The notes under the pieces are model-generated. The model was given only the letters and a program-made list of their open reading frames with translations. It was not told the origin of the DNA and did no database searches. 47,340 nt of DNA from Deltaproteobacteria bacterium (GTDB lineage: Bacteria; Myxococcota_A; UBA9160; SMWR01). The position numbers and the translations under genes are program-made. Within the stretch, counting starts at the first letter, position 1. Each line of letters opens with the position of its first letter. The stretch spans positions 1 to 47,340 of the forward strand of contig JAQBGU010000140.1 of the NCBI GenBank assembly GCA_032128375.1, written 5' to 3'. Below are positions 27,719 to 38,494 of the stretch, piece after piece.

Positions 27719-29101
27719 ATGCGAAAGTTGGTGAAGGTCGACAACCTGAGTCCCGAGCAAGCAGCGCTCACCCCGCGCTATGCCCAGCGGGCGCTGACCG
27801 AGCCGATCGCGAAGTACGAACTCCCGGAAGGCGGGATGGATCCGGATTCGGCGTACCAATTGATCCACGATGAGCTGCTGCTCGACGGCAGCGCACGCCT
27901 CAACCTCGCCACCTTCGTCACCACGTGGATGGAGCCGCAGGCCGAGAAACTGATGGCCGAGTGCTTCGCCAAGAACATGATCGACAAGGATGAATATCCC
28001 CAGACCGCTGAGATCGAGAACCGCTGCATCAACATCATCTCGCGCCTCTTCCACGCGCCCGACGAGGGGGTGGGTGTCTCGACGGTCGGTTCGAGCGAGG
28101 CGGTGATGTTGGCCGGTCTGGCGCTCAAGTGGCGCTGGCGCGATCGGATGAGGGCTCGAAACCGGCCCAGCGATCGCCCCAACCTGATCCTGGGTTCCAA
28201 CGTGCAGGTGGTCTGGGAGAAGTTCTGCCGCTACTGGGACGTGGAGCCTCGCTATCTGCCCATGGCTCATGGGCGCTACGTGATCACCCCGGAGCAGGTG
28301 GTGAACGCCGTCGACGAGAACACCATCGGCGTGGTGGCGATCCTGGGCACCACCTATACCGGGGAGTTCGAGCCAGTTCGGGAGATCCACGACGCTCTGA
28401 TGAAGCTCAACACCGAGAAGAAATGGGAACTCGGGCTCCACGTGGATGGAGCCAGCGGGGCCTTCGTGGCGCCCTTCCTGCATCCGCAGCTGGAGTGGGA
28501 TTTCCGCCTGCCGCTGGTGAAGTCGATCAATGCATCGGGTCACAAGTACGGTCTGGTCTACCCCGGGGTGGGTTGGGTGGTGTGGCGGAGCCACGAGGAT
28601 CTCCCCAAAGACCTGGTCTTCCACGTGAACTACCTGGGTGGCGACATGCCCACCTTCACGCTCAACTTCTCGCGGGGCGGAAACCAGGTAGTGGGTCAGT
28701 ACTACAACTTCCTACGCCTGGGTCGCGAGGGTTACACGGGCATCATGGAGTCGTTGCGAGACACAGCGACATGGCTCTCCGGTGAAATCTCGAAAATGGG
28801 CCCGTTCGAACTTCTCTCGGACGGAAGCGCGATTCCGGTATTCGCGTTCGCGATGAAGTCGGGGGCGTCCTACAGCGTCTACGATCTCTCGGACAAGCTG
28901 CGCGAGCACGGCTGGCAGGTGCCCGCCTACACGATGCCCGAAGGGGCCGATGACCTGGCGGTTCTGCGCATCGTGGTGCGCGACGGCTTCAGCCGCGACC
29001 TGGCGCAGATGCTGCTCGAGCACCTGAAGGCCACCGTGAAGCACTTCGAAGCCAACCCACCTGCGAAGCCTGCGGGCCCTGCCCAGGGCTTCGCACACTG
29101 A
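27719..29101 (+). CDS. gadB: Glutamate decarboxylase
   Basis: LNLATFVTTWME, KNMIDKDEYP, STVGSSEA, HVDGASG, SINASGHKYGLVYPG (PLP Lys), FTLNFSR. Confidence 0.96.
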   Translation: MRKLVKVDNLSPEQAALTPRYAQRALTEPIAKYELPEGGMDPDSAYQLIHDELLLDGSARLNLATFVTTWMEPQAEKLMAECFAKNMIDKDEYPQTAEIENRCINIISRLFHAPDEGVGVSTVGSSEAVMLAGLALKWRWRDRMRARNRPSDRPNLILGSNVQVVWEKFCRYWDVEPRYLPMAHGRYVITPEQVVNAVDENTIGVVAILGTTYTGEFEPVREIHDALMKLNTEKKWELGLHVDGASGAFVAPFLHPQLEWDFRLPLVKSINASGHKYGLVYPGVGWVVWRSHEDLPKDLVFHVNYLGGDMPTFTLNFSRGGNQVVGQYYNFLRLGREGYTGIMESLRDTATWLSGEISKMGPFELLSDGSAIPVFAFAMKSGASYSVYDLSDKLREHGWQVPAYTMPEGADDLAVLRIVVRDGFSRDLAQMLLEHLKATVKHFEANPPAKPAGPAQGFAH

Positions 29102-29103
29102 GG

Positions 29104-30243
29104 ATGTTCGTGACCCAACCGAACCAGTTGCAGCTGGCCGCCCGAGAGCTCTACTCCACGATCGATGCGAATGCCGCCAAGGCCCACGGCGACCCGGTTC
29201 CGCCGGAAAGCATCGATGCCCTGAGAAGCGCCGGCCTGTTCGGCGCCATGACGCCGCGCGATCTGGGCGGTGCGGAGCTTCCGCTGCTCGACGCCATCGA
29301 CGTCTTTGCCGAGGTGGCGCGCGCCGACGGTTCCGCCGGCTGGTGTCTGATGGCCGGTGCCTCGGCGGTGGCGTACTTCGGCGCCTATTGCACGGGCGAT
29401 TTCGTCGACGAGCTCTTCGCCAACGGGGTTCCGCTGGTGGCGGGCCAGTTCGCGCCCAACGGCGCCGGTGTTCCCGTGGAGGGGGGCTACCGGGTAACGG
29501 GCAACTACCAGTTCGGGAGCGGCATGCACTATGCCGAGTGGGTGGGAGCCGGCTTCCTGGTGGCTCCGCCCGTGGGCTCTGACGAGCCGATCCGCTATCT
29601 GTTCGGTCTGGTACCCAAGGCCGAGGTGGACCTGCGCGGCAACTGGGATGTCCTCGGTCTCGATGCCACCGCCAGCTGGGACTACGGCTTGGACGAGGCC
29701 TTCGTGCCCGAAGAGGGAACCTTCTTGTTCGCGGCGCCCACGCGACACCGCGGGGGCCCCGTGTACGATCTGGGCGTGATCGCCCAGACGGCGGTTGGAC
29801 ATTCGGGCTTCGCCATGGGTGTGATCCGGCGCGCCCTGGACGAGCTCGCGACTCTGGCCCAGACCAAGGTGCGCATGGGATCTGGCTCCTTCCTGAAGGA
29901 CGACACCCGCTTCCTCCACTCGTTGGGGACGCTGGAGTCGCGTTACCACTCGGCCTGTGCGTGGACCCGGGAGACATTCGCGCGCATGGAACAGACCGTG
30001 GTGGACACGGGCCGACTCGACGTGGCGCAGATCAATGCCGCGCGCCAGGCCACCGTGCACCTGACCCAGGAGGGGGCCGACATCGTGCGCGAGGCCTACC
30101 TGCTGGCGGGCACCACGGCACTTCGCGACGGGCCCCTGCAGCGTTGCTTCCGCGACATCCACGCGGGTAGCCAGCACTTCTTCGCGAGCCCGGCCTCGAC
30201 CCTGGACTACGCGCGCGACCGGATGGTGGCGGGATCAGCCTGA
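29104..30243 (+). CDS. Acyl-CoA dehydrogenase-fold flavin-dependent monooxygenase (HsaA-like)
   Basis: ADGSAGW, FGSG, WDVLGLDATAS, LQRCFRDIHAGSQH. Confidence 0.85.
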   Translation: MFVTQPNQLQLAARELYSTIDANAAKAHGDPVPPESIDALRSAGLFGAMTPRDLGGAELPLLDAIDVFAEVARADGSAGWCLMAGASAVAYFGAYCTGDFVDELFANGVPLVAGQFAPNGAGVPVEGGYRVTGNYQFGSGMHYAEWVGAGFLVAPPVGSDEPIRYLFGLVPKAEVDLRGNWDVLGLDATASWDYGLDEAFVPEEGTFLFAAPTRHRGGPVYDLGVIAQTAVGHSGFAMGVIRRALDELATLAQTKVRMGSGSFLKDDTRFLHSLGTLESRYHSACAWTRETFARMEQTVVDTGRLDVAQINAARQATVHLTQEGADIVREAYLLAGTTALRDGPLQRCFRDIHAGSQHFFASPASTLDYARDRMVAGSA

Positions 30244-31257
30244 TCGCGACTGCCGGATCGCCGCCACCACGTCCGCCCAGAGTTCCGGGTCGGGCGCCCG
30301 GTTGTGGGTGAGGCTCACGCCGTCGGCGATGCCGCCCAGGCGTTGTGCGAGGGCGGGGGCGATCTCGTGGCGCTCGCCCACCACCGCAATGGAGCCCAGG
30401 ATCTCGTCGTCGATCAGCTCCGCCATGTCATCCCAGCGTCCGACCTTCGACAGACGGTTCAACTCCGGCTGCAGGTCGCCCCAGCCGTGGCAATCGAGGG
30501 TTCCGCGGTAGGCGGGTGTCGAGCCGTAGAAGGCGAGCTGTTTGCGTGCCGCGAGCAGCGCCCGTTGCATGTCCTCCTCCCGGTCGGCGGTTACCACCAG
30601 CGTGGCGCACACGATTTCGAACTGATCGCGACGGCGTCCCGACTTCGCCAGGCCCATCTCCAGGGCCGGCAGCGTGTTTTCGAGCAGCGACTTGCGCGTA
30701 TTGAAGGGGTGCGCGATGAAGCCGTCCGCCACCTCACCGGCCACCTGGGTCATGAGCGGCCCGAACCCGGCGGTGAGAATCGGCGGCGGGCCGAAGGGGT
30801 TCGGTCCCGGGTCGAAGGCGGGAATCATGAGAGTGTGGCGGTAGAACTCGCCCCGGAAGTCGAGGTCGGCCACGCCCTCCCACGCGTCGAAGATGGCGCG
30901 AATCGCCAGCACGATCTCGCGCATGCGCGCCGCCGGCTTCGACCACGGCATGCTGAAGCGGTGCAGGATGTGCGGCCGCACCTGGGAGCCGAGACCCAGC
31001 ACGAAGCGCCCACCGCTGAGCGACTGCAGGCCATAGGCCAGATTCGCCAGGTTCATGGGGCTGCGGGCGAACGCGATGGCGATCGCAGTTCCCAGTCGCA
31101 GGTGTCGGGTGCGATCGGCCGCCAGCACCAGGGGCAGGAACGGGTCGTGCTTCGCCTCGAAGGTGAAGCCCCCGTCGTAGCCGATCGCTTCCAGGCGCTC
31201 GAATGTGGCGGCCACATCCCGAGGATCCTCGAGCGGTGCGGTGGTATAGACCTTCAC
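30235..31257 (-). CDS. LLM-class, probably F420-dependent, oxidoreductase
   Basis: GTG start 31257; EAKHDPFLPL, IAIAFARSPM, GLGSQVRPHI, FYGSTPAYR, typical of the TIGR03617-like subfamily. Confidence 0.88.
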   Translation of the reverse strand: MKVYTTAPLEDPRDVAATFERLEAIGYDGGFTFEAKHDPFLPLVLAADRTRHLRLGTAIAIAFARSPMNLANLAYGLQSLSGGRFVLGLGSQVRPHILHRFSMPWSKPAARMREIVLAIRAIFDAWEGVADLDFRGEFYRHTLMIPAFDPGPNPFGPPPILTAGFGPLMTQVAGEVADGFIAHPFNTRKSLLENTLPALEMGLAKSGRRRDQFEIVCATLVVTADREEDMQRALLAARKQLAFYGSTPAYRGTLDCHGWGDLQPELNRLSKVGRWDDMAELIDDEILGSIAVVGERHEIAPALAQRLGGIADGVSLTHNRAPDPELWADVVAAIRQSRSG

Positions 31258-31459
31258 GGTGCAAGCCCCCCCTTCTGGCGCTGCGAGCGGTCCCGGGCCA
31301 TCCTCGGCCTCCTCCATGCGGCGCGCCAGCCTCCGGATCGCATCCACTTCACCTACTCCCACGTGGAAACAGGTGGGAAGCCCTGGGAGGCCCCCCATCG
31401 GCCAATCTTTCGTCTATTCTGGTCGCTAGCGCCGGGAAACCACTCGTGGAGAGACGCGC

Positions 31460-32092
31460 ATGGCCGACCAGTGGATGCTCCGAGGCAGCGAGTACGGAAA
31501 CTGCAACTGTGCCTGGGGCTGCCCCTGCCAGTTCAATGCGCCGTCGACTCACGGTCGCTGCGAAGCGGTCACGGGCGGGCACGTCGAGGAGGGCCACTTC
31601 AACGACATCCGGCTCGACGGCCTCAATTGGGTGCTGCTGCTGCAATGGCCAGGAGAGATCGCCGAGGGCAATGGCGTGCAACAGGTGATCATCGACGAGC
31701 GTGCCGATGCCGATCAGAGAGAGGCGCTGCGCAAGATCGTCCACGGCGAATCCACCGCGCCTGGCGCCACCCACTTCTTCGTCTACAACAGCACCATGTC
31801 CAAAGTGCTCGAGACCCTGTATGCACCCATCGAAATCGAGATCGACATTGCAGCCCGCCGTGGGCGGATCTCGGTTCCGGGCCTGGTGGACTCGACGGGC
31901 GCTCCCATCATCGATCCGCACAGCGGCAACGAGCACCGCGCCGTCATCGAGCTGCCCAACGGCTTCGAGTACACCCGCGCCGAGATGGGCATCGGGACGT
32001 CGCGGGTCAGCGCCGGTATCCGGTTGGAGCTCTCCGAGAGCTATGGGCAGTTCAACGTGCTGCACATGAACCAGGATGGGGTGATTCGCTAG
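31460..32092 (+). CDS. DUF1326 family protein
   Basis: CNCAWGCPCQF...PSTHGRC, WPGEIAEGNG, IIDERADADQREAL. Confidence 0.85.
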   Translation: MADQWMLRGSEYGNCNCAWGCPCQFNAPSTHGRCEAVTGGHVEEGHFNDIRLDGLNWVLLLQWPGEIAEGNGVQQVIIDERADADQREALRKIVHGESTAPGATHFFVYNSTMSKVLETLYAPIEIEIDIAARRGRISVPGLVDSTGAPIIDPHSGNEHRAVIELPNGFEYTRAEMGIGTSRVSAGIRLELSESYGQFNVLHMNQDGVIR

Positions 32093-32098
32093 AGCCCC

Positions 32099-32920
32099 AT
32101 GCCGGGTATGCCCGAGACTGCGCCGCAGCGCCGGGGCTCCCGGCTTCCGCGCCGCGATCGCATCGCGATCCTCGCCGCCCTGGCTGCCACCACCCTGATT
32201 GCCTGGGCGTATCTGGTGGTGCTGGCCGTCCAGATGCAAGGCATGGATCCGATGGAATCCATGTCCGAGCTGGACGCGATGGCGATCCACGTCTGGTCCG
32301 CCGCGGATTTCGGGCTCACGTTCCTGATGTGGGCCGTCATGATGGTGGGCATGATGGTCCCGAGCGCGGCGCCCATGGTGATGATGTACGCCGCCGTGTC
32401 CCGAAAGGCCGAGCGCCAGGGCAGCCCGGTGGCGCCCACGGCCTGTTTCGTGGCGGGTTACGTGGCTGTCTGGACTGTGTTCAGCCTCGGCGCCACGCTG
32501 GCCCAGTGGGGTCTGGACAGGGCGGCACTGCTGTCGCCCATGATGGTGGCCAGTAGCCCGTGGCTCGGTGCGTTGCTGCTGGGCTTCGCCGGCGTCTACC
32601 AGTTCACCCCCGCCAAGGACACCTGCCTGCGTCATTGCCGCGCGCCGGCCCACTTCATCAGCGAGCACTGGCGGCCCGGAACCGTCGGCGCCTTTCGCAT
32701 GGGTGTGGTGCACGGGGCCTTCTGCCTGGGTTGTTGCGGGGCGCTGATGGGACTGCTGTTCTTCGGCGGCGTCATGAACCTGTTGTGGATCGCCGCCATC
32801 ACCGCCTTCGTGCTGGCCGAAAAGCTGCTTCCCGCGGGCCGCGCTACGGCGCGCTGGAGCGGCTTCGCCATGCTCGTGGCCGGCGTGCTCGTGGCCGCGC
32901 GCTGGTGGGCCGGCAGCTAG
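32099..32920 (+). CDS. DUF2182 predicted metal-binding membrane protein
   Basis: MWAVMMVGMMVPSAAP, YQFTPAKDTCLRHCRAP, CLGCCGALM, GVMNLLW, AEK. Confidence 0.88.
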   Translation: MPGMPETAPQRRGSRLPRRDRIAILAALAATTLIAWAYLVVLAVQMQGMDPMESMSELDAMAIHVWSAADFGLTFLMWAVMMVGMMVPSAAPMVMMYAAVSRKAERQGSPVAPTACFVAGYVAVWTVFSLGATLAQWGLDRAALLSPMMVASSPWLGALLLGFAGVYQFTPAKDTCLRHCRAPAHFISEHWRPGTVGAFRMGVVHGAFCLGCCGALMGLLFFGGVMNLLWIAAITAFVLAEKLLPAGRATARWSGFAMLVAGVLVAARWWAGS

Positions 32921-32924
32921 TCCG

Positions 32925-34493
32925 ATGCACGCCGTTGCCCGGAGTGCACTCCGAACCCTGCTGCGCTCGCCGAACTTCTGGATCTGCGTCCTGACGGCGC
33001 CGCTCTGCCTCGCCCTGTTCGCGCCGTACTGGAAGCCCTCCTGGGACAGCGCCATCTACCTGAGCCTGGCCCGCTCCCTGTCCGACGGGGAGGGCTACGT
33101 CTACATGGGCCACCCCCACGCCAAGTATCCACCCGGACTTCCCGTTCTGCTGGTGCCGTTCGACCTGGTGTTTGGCGGCGCCCCCGCTGTCCTGCGCCTG
33201 CTGATGGTCGTCTTCGCCGTCACGTCGGTAGGTCTGTGCTTTGCCTTGATCCGGAACCTGGCGGGCTCGGGTCTCGCGTGGGCCGTTGCCGGGATGATGG
33301 CCGTGACGCCGCTGTTCCTGATCGAGTCCACCTACGTCCAGAGCGACGTCCCCTTCCTGTGCCTTTCGTTGGCAGCCCTGTGGGCGTACACCCGGGCCAC
33401 CCGCGATCCCGGGGCGGTTTCGATGCCGTGGCTCGCCGGTGCGGCCGCGCTGGCGTGTGGGGCGTTCCTGTTCCGGGCTCTGGGCCTGGTGCTGCCGGTT
33501 TCCCTGCTCGCGTTCCACGCGATCCGGACGCCTCCCGAGGGCCGCCGTAGCCGTCGCCCGCTGCTGGTGCTTGGGGTTCCGATCCTGGTGGTGGCTGGCC
33601 TGTGGTTCACGTACAGCGCCCACGCGCGGGCGGCCCTACCGGAAACGATGCCGACGTCCAGTAGCTACGCCGAGCAGTTCCTGCGCGTCGATCCCGGGGA
33701 TCCGGGCTCCCCGCGGATCGGGCCGGCAGATCTCTTCGCCCGCATCTCCGATAACGCGTCCTGGTACCAGGAGCGCCTGGGCCGCCTGGCTTCCGGGAAG
33801 AAGCGGCCGATCTCGCCCAACATCATCGGTCCGCTGTTGGTGTTCGGCTGGCTGGTTCGCCTCGTCACCCGACGCTCGCTGCTCGAAATCTACACGGGCG
33901 CCTACGCGGGCATCCTTCTGGTGTGGCCGTTCGTGCAGGGCGGGCGCTTCCTGGTCCCCGCGCTGCCCTTCGTGATCTTCTACGGCCTCTCGGGTGTGCT
34001 CGCCGTGGTAGACGCGGCCCTTCGGGGCCTGCATCGCCCCGCCTGGCGGCAGCCTGCCTACGTGGCGGCGCTGGCGGTTGCCGCGGTCGCCTATCTGGGC
34101 GCCAGCAGCCGCGGAGTCACCCGGGCCATCGAGCGGGAGCACCGCCGGCCCTACCACTCGGGGGTCGAAGGCCAGCGCCTGGATGCCATGGATTGGCTCG
34201 GCGTCTTCACGCCGGCCAACAGTGTGATCATCGCTGACCGCGCCGCCTGGGTTCAGTGGATCTCCCGGCGCGATGCCTACGCGTTGCCAGCTACTGAAGA
34301 CCCCGCCCGGCTTCGGGACTTCGTCCGGGATGTGGGCGCCACCCACGTGGTGAAGACGGGTGTGGGCATCTCGGCGCCGCATCTGGCGGCGCTGATCGGG
34401 TCGGACCCCGATGCCTACGAGAAGGTCTGGGCAAGCTCGCGCGTCAGCATCTACCGGATCCGGCCCGCCGACGAAGAAAGTGTACGGCCCTGA
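32925..34493 (+). CDS. GT-C fold (ArnT-like) membrane glycosyltransferase
   Basis: WDSAIYLSLARSL, KYPPGLP, SDVPF, RFLVP; many TMs plus periplasmic C-terminal domain. Confidence 0.75.
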   Translation: MHAVARSALRTLLRSPNFWICVLTAPLCLALFAPYWKPSWDSAIYLSLARSLSDGEGYVYMGHPHAKYPPGLPVLLVPFDLVFGGAPAVLRLLMVVFAVTSVGLCFALIRNLAGSGLAWAVAGMMAVTPLFLIESTYVQSDVPFLCLSLAALWAYTRATRDPGAVSMPWLAGAAALACGAFLFRALGLVLPVSLLAFHAIRTPPEGRRSRRPLLVLGVPILVVAGLWFTYSAHARAALPETMPTSSSYAEQFLRVDPGDPGSPRIGPADLFARISDNASWYQERLGRLASGKKRPISPNIIGPLLVFGWLVRLVTRRSLLEIYTGAYAGILLVWPFVQGGRFLVPALPFVIFYGLSGVLAVVDAALRGLHRPAWRQPAYVAALAVAAVAYLGASSRGVTRAIEREHRRPYHSGVEGQRLDAMDWLGVFTPANSVIIADRAAWVQWISRRDAYALPATEDPARLRDFVRDVGATHVVKTGVGISAPHLAALIGSDPDAYEKVWASSRVSIYRIRPADEESVRP

Positions 34494-34567
34494 CCGATCG
34501 CGTAGAATGGGGTTTTGCGCCATTTCCAGGGGCCGGTGAGCGGGCGTCGCAACACGGGAGATCGGGC

Positions 34568-35775
34568 TTGAGCGTGACCCGAAAGGTCGGCCTCGGCTGC
34601 GCCGACATCGACGACCTGGCCAAGCAGTACGTGTCGCAGGTTCTGGAGTCCGGACGCCTGTCGGCGGGCCCCTTTACCAAGCGCCTGGAGCTGATGTTCG
34701 GGTCGCTGCACTCGTCGCGCTTCGCGATCTTCTGTTCCAGCGGCACCGAGGCGCTGCGTGCCGCGGTTGCCTGCCTGAAGGAGATGGACGGCTGGCCCGA
34801 GGGGTCCGAGATCATCATCCCGTCCCTCACCTTCGTGGCGACCGCCAACGTGGTGATCGACCACGGCTTCGTCCCGGTCTTCTGCGACGTCGACCCTCGC
34901 ACCTACAACATCGACCCCGCGAAGATCGAGGCCCTCGTTACCGAGCGAACACGCGCCATCATGCCCGTCCACCTGATGGGGCTGCCCTGCGACATGGATC
35001 CCATCCTCGACATCGCGGGCCGCCATGGCCTGCGCGTAATCGAGGACGCCTGCGAGGCCATGTTCGTGACGTACAAGGGGCGGCCGGTGGGCTCCTTCGG
35101 GGACATCTCGTGTTTCTCCACGTACGTGGCGCACCTGCTCACCACCGGGGTGGGCGGCTTCGTGGTGACGAGCGACCCGGAGCGGGCGGTCGTGCTGAAG
35201 AGCATTCTCAACCACGGGCGCGATGGCATCTACACCCGCATCGACGACGACGCGGGCAAGTCGGGCGCGGAACTGCTCGAGGTGGTGCAGCGACGCTTCC
35301 ACTTCGTCCGACCGGGCTACAGCTCGCGCGCCACCGAGATGCAGGCGGCGCTCGGCCTGGCACAGATCGAACGCTGGCGAGAAATGATCCGGGCTCGCCG
35401 TCAGAACGCCGAGTTTCTCACGAAGGGGCTCTCGGATCTGGGCGAGTACCTGCAGCTCCCCTGGAAACCCCGCGTATGCGAACATGCCTACATGATGTAC
35501 GCGATCACGGTAAAGGAGCCACACACGGATCTCCTGCCCAAATCGGATTTCACGGTGTATCTGGAAGAGCAGGGGATCGAGACCCGTGACACCCTTCCGC
35601 TCATCAATCAGCCCTTCTACGTGGATCGCTTCGGGGACCTGGAGTCGAAGCTCCCGGTGGCGCGCTGGGTCAACCGCAATGGTTTCTACGTGGGCTGCCA
35701 CCAGCAGCTCGAGCGGCAAGATCTCGAGCACGTGGTGTCGACCGTGCGCTCGTTCGTGTCCGAGAGGTGCGAGCG

Positions 35776-35779
<4 letters not shown>
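34568..35779 (+). CDS. DegT/DnrJ-family PLP enzyme with His at the catalytic Lys position (ColD-like dehydratase candidate)
   Basis: [43 protein letters not shown] where aminotransferases have SFxxxKxxTxEGG. Confidence 0.85.
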
Positions 35780-36771
<992 letters not shown>

Positions 36772-36803
36772 GCGACGGGCGCTCGCGGCCGGAGGAACCA
36801 GAG

Positions 36804-37793
36804 ATCTCGGACTACTGGCGCGACAAGACCGTGGCGGTTGCAGGAGGCGCGGGCTTCATCGGTTCCTTCCTCGTGGAGCAGCTGCTGGAGGCCGGGGCCC
36901 GGGTGACTCTGGGCCAGCGGCGGCCCGGGGCGCAGGACTTCTACGACGCCGTGGGCGACCGGGTGCGGATCGTCGAGTGCGACCTGGAGCAGATCGGCGA
37001 CTGCCGCCGCCTGGTGGAGGGGCAGCAGATCGTGATGTATCTGGCGGCCTCGGTGGCGGGAATCGCGTACAACATGAAGCACCCGGCTTCGATCTTCCAG
37101 GACAACGTTCGCCCGTTCCTGAACACGATCGAGGCGGCGCGGGACGTGGAGACCGAGCGGTTCCTGGTAACCAGCAGCGCCTGCGTGTATCCGCGCTTCT
37201 GCACGATCCCCACGCCCGAGAGCGAGGGCTTCGTGGACCTGCCGGAGCCCACCAACCTGGGCTACGGGGTGGCCAAGCGCGTGGAGGAGCTGGTGGGAGG
37301 CATGTACGCCGAGGAGTTCGGGATGAGCGTCGCCATCGCCAGGCCCTACAACGCATACGGGCCGCGTGACGATTTCGAACCGGAAACGTCCCACGTGGTC
37401 CCGGCCCTGATCCGACGCATCTTCCAGGAGAACGAGAATCCGCTGGTGGTCTGGGGCAGCGGCAGACAGACCCGGTCGTTCCTCTATGTCACCGACTTCG
37501 CCCGCGGGCTGATGGAGGTGACCGAGCGCTACGCCGAGGCCGATCCGGTCAACCTGGGTGCCGACGAGGAGACCACCATCGGCGATCTGGTGAATCGCCT
37601 CGTGGCCATCCACGGCGGCGACATCGACGTGCAGTTCGACGAGTCGAAGCCCGAGGGTCAGCCCCGACGCGCATGCGACACCACCAAGGCGGCCGAGAAG
37701 GTGGGTTTCCGCGCGACGGTCTCGCTGGACGACGGCCTCCAGCAGACCGTCGAGTGGTTCCTGCGCCACGGTCGCCAGGCCCGCCGCTCGTGA
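36804..37793 (+). CDS. fcl: GDP-4-keto-6-deoxysugar epimerase/reductase (Fcl/ColC-like); probable ATC start
   Basis: GGAGFIG, LAASVAGI, SSACVYP, EPTNLGYGVAK, SHVVPALI (catalytic Cys/His kept); GGAGG 8 nt before the in-frame ATC at 36804. Confidence 0.82.
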   Translation: MSDYWRDKTVAVAGGAGFIGSFLVEQLLEAGARVTLGQRRPGAQDFYDAVGDRVRIVECDLEQIGDCRRLVEGQQIVMYLAASVAGIAYNMKHPASIFQDNVRPFLNTIEAARDVETERFLVTSSACVYPRFCTIPTPESEGFVDLPEPTNLGYGVAKRVEELVGGMYAEEFGMSVAIARPYNAYGPRDDFEPETSHVVPALIRRIFQENENPLVVWGSGRQTRSFLYVTDFARGLMEVTERYAEADPVNLGADEETTIGDLVNRLVAIHGGDIDVQFDESKPEGQPRRACDTTKAAEKVGFRATVSLDDGLQQTVEWFLRHGRQARRS

Positions 37794-38491
37794 GGATCGG
37801 CCTGGTCCTGCTGACGCTGAACGAGATCGAGGGTCTCCGGACACTGTTCCCTCGGCTTCCGCTGGATGCCATCGACGAGGCCTTCGCCGTGGACGGCGGC
37901 TCGACCGACGGCACCCGGGAGTTCTTCCGGGAGCAGGGCTTCTCGCTGCTGGACCAGACCTCCGGTGGCCGCGGCGAGGCGTTCCGGATGGCCTTCGCGT
38001 CCTCCCGGGCCGACGCGCTCATCTTCTTCAGCCCCGACGGCAACGAGAATCCGGAGGACATCCCCAGGTTTCGCGAGCACCTGGAGGCCGGGGCAGCGAT
38101 GGTGATCGCGTCGCGAATGATGGAGGGCGCGGTGAACGAGGAGGATTCCGACTGGTTCCGGCCCCGGAAGTGGGCGAACAACGCCTTCAACGGCCTGGCC
38201 AACGCGTTCTGGAATCGCGGAGCCTTCGTCAGCGATTCCATCAATGGCTTCCGGGCCATCACACGCGATGCCTGGGACCGAATCTGCCTGGACGGCCTGG
38301 GCTACACCATTGAATACCAGTCCACCATCCGTTGCATGAAGCTTGGGCTTCCCACCCGGGAGTTTCCCACCGTGGAGGGCCAGCGCATCGGTGGCGAGAG
38401 CTATGCCAGGAGCCTGCCCACCGGCCTCCGCTTTCTGCGACTTCTGCTGCGCGAGATCTTCGTCGGCACGAGGTTCGCGGCCAGGAGCTGA
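37790..38491 (+). CDS. GT2 glycosyltransferase (polyprenol-phosphate sugar synthase-like)
   Basis: GTGA overlap; TLNE, VDGGSTDGT, GRGEA, SPDGN, IASR, DSINGFRA, RIGGES. Confidence 0.88.
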   Translation: MRIGLVLLTLNEIEGLRTLFPRLPLDAIDEAFAVDGGSTDGTREFFREQGFSLLDQTSGGRGEAFRMAFASSRADALIFFSPDGNENPEDIPRFREHLEAGAAMVIASRMMEGAVNEEDSDWFRPRKWANNAFNGLANAFWNRGAFVSDSINGFRAITRDAWDRICLDGLGYTIEYQSTIRCMKLGLPTREFPTVEGQRIGGESYARSLPTGLRFLRLLLREIFVGTRFAARS

Positions 38492-38494
38492 CCG

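Noticed and set aside
30304..32556. 750-aa plus-strand ORF
   Set aside because: Overlaps three well-supported genes in other frames or strands; Arg/Gly/Ala-rich shadow composition.
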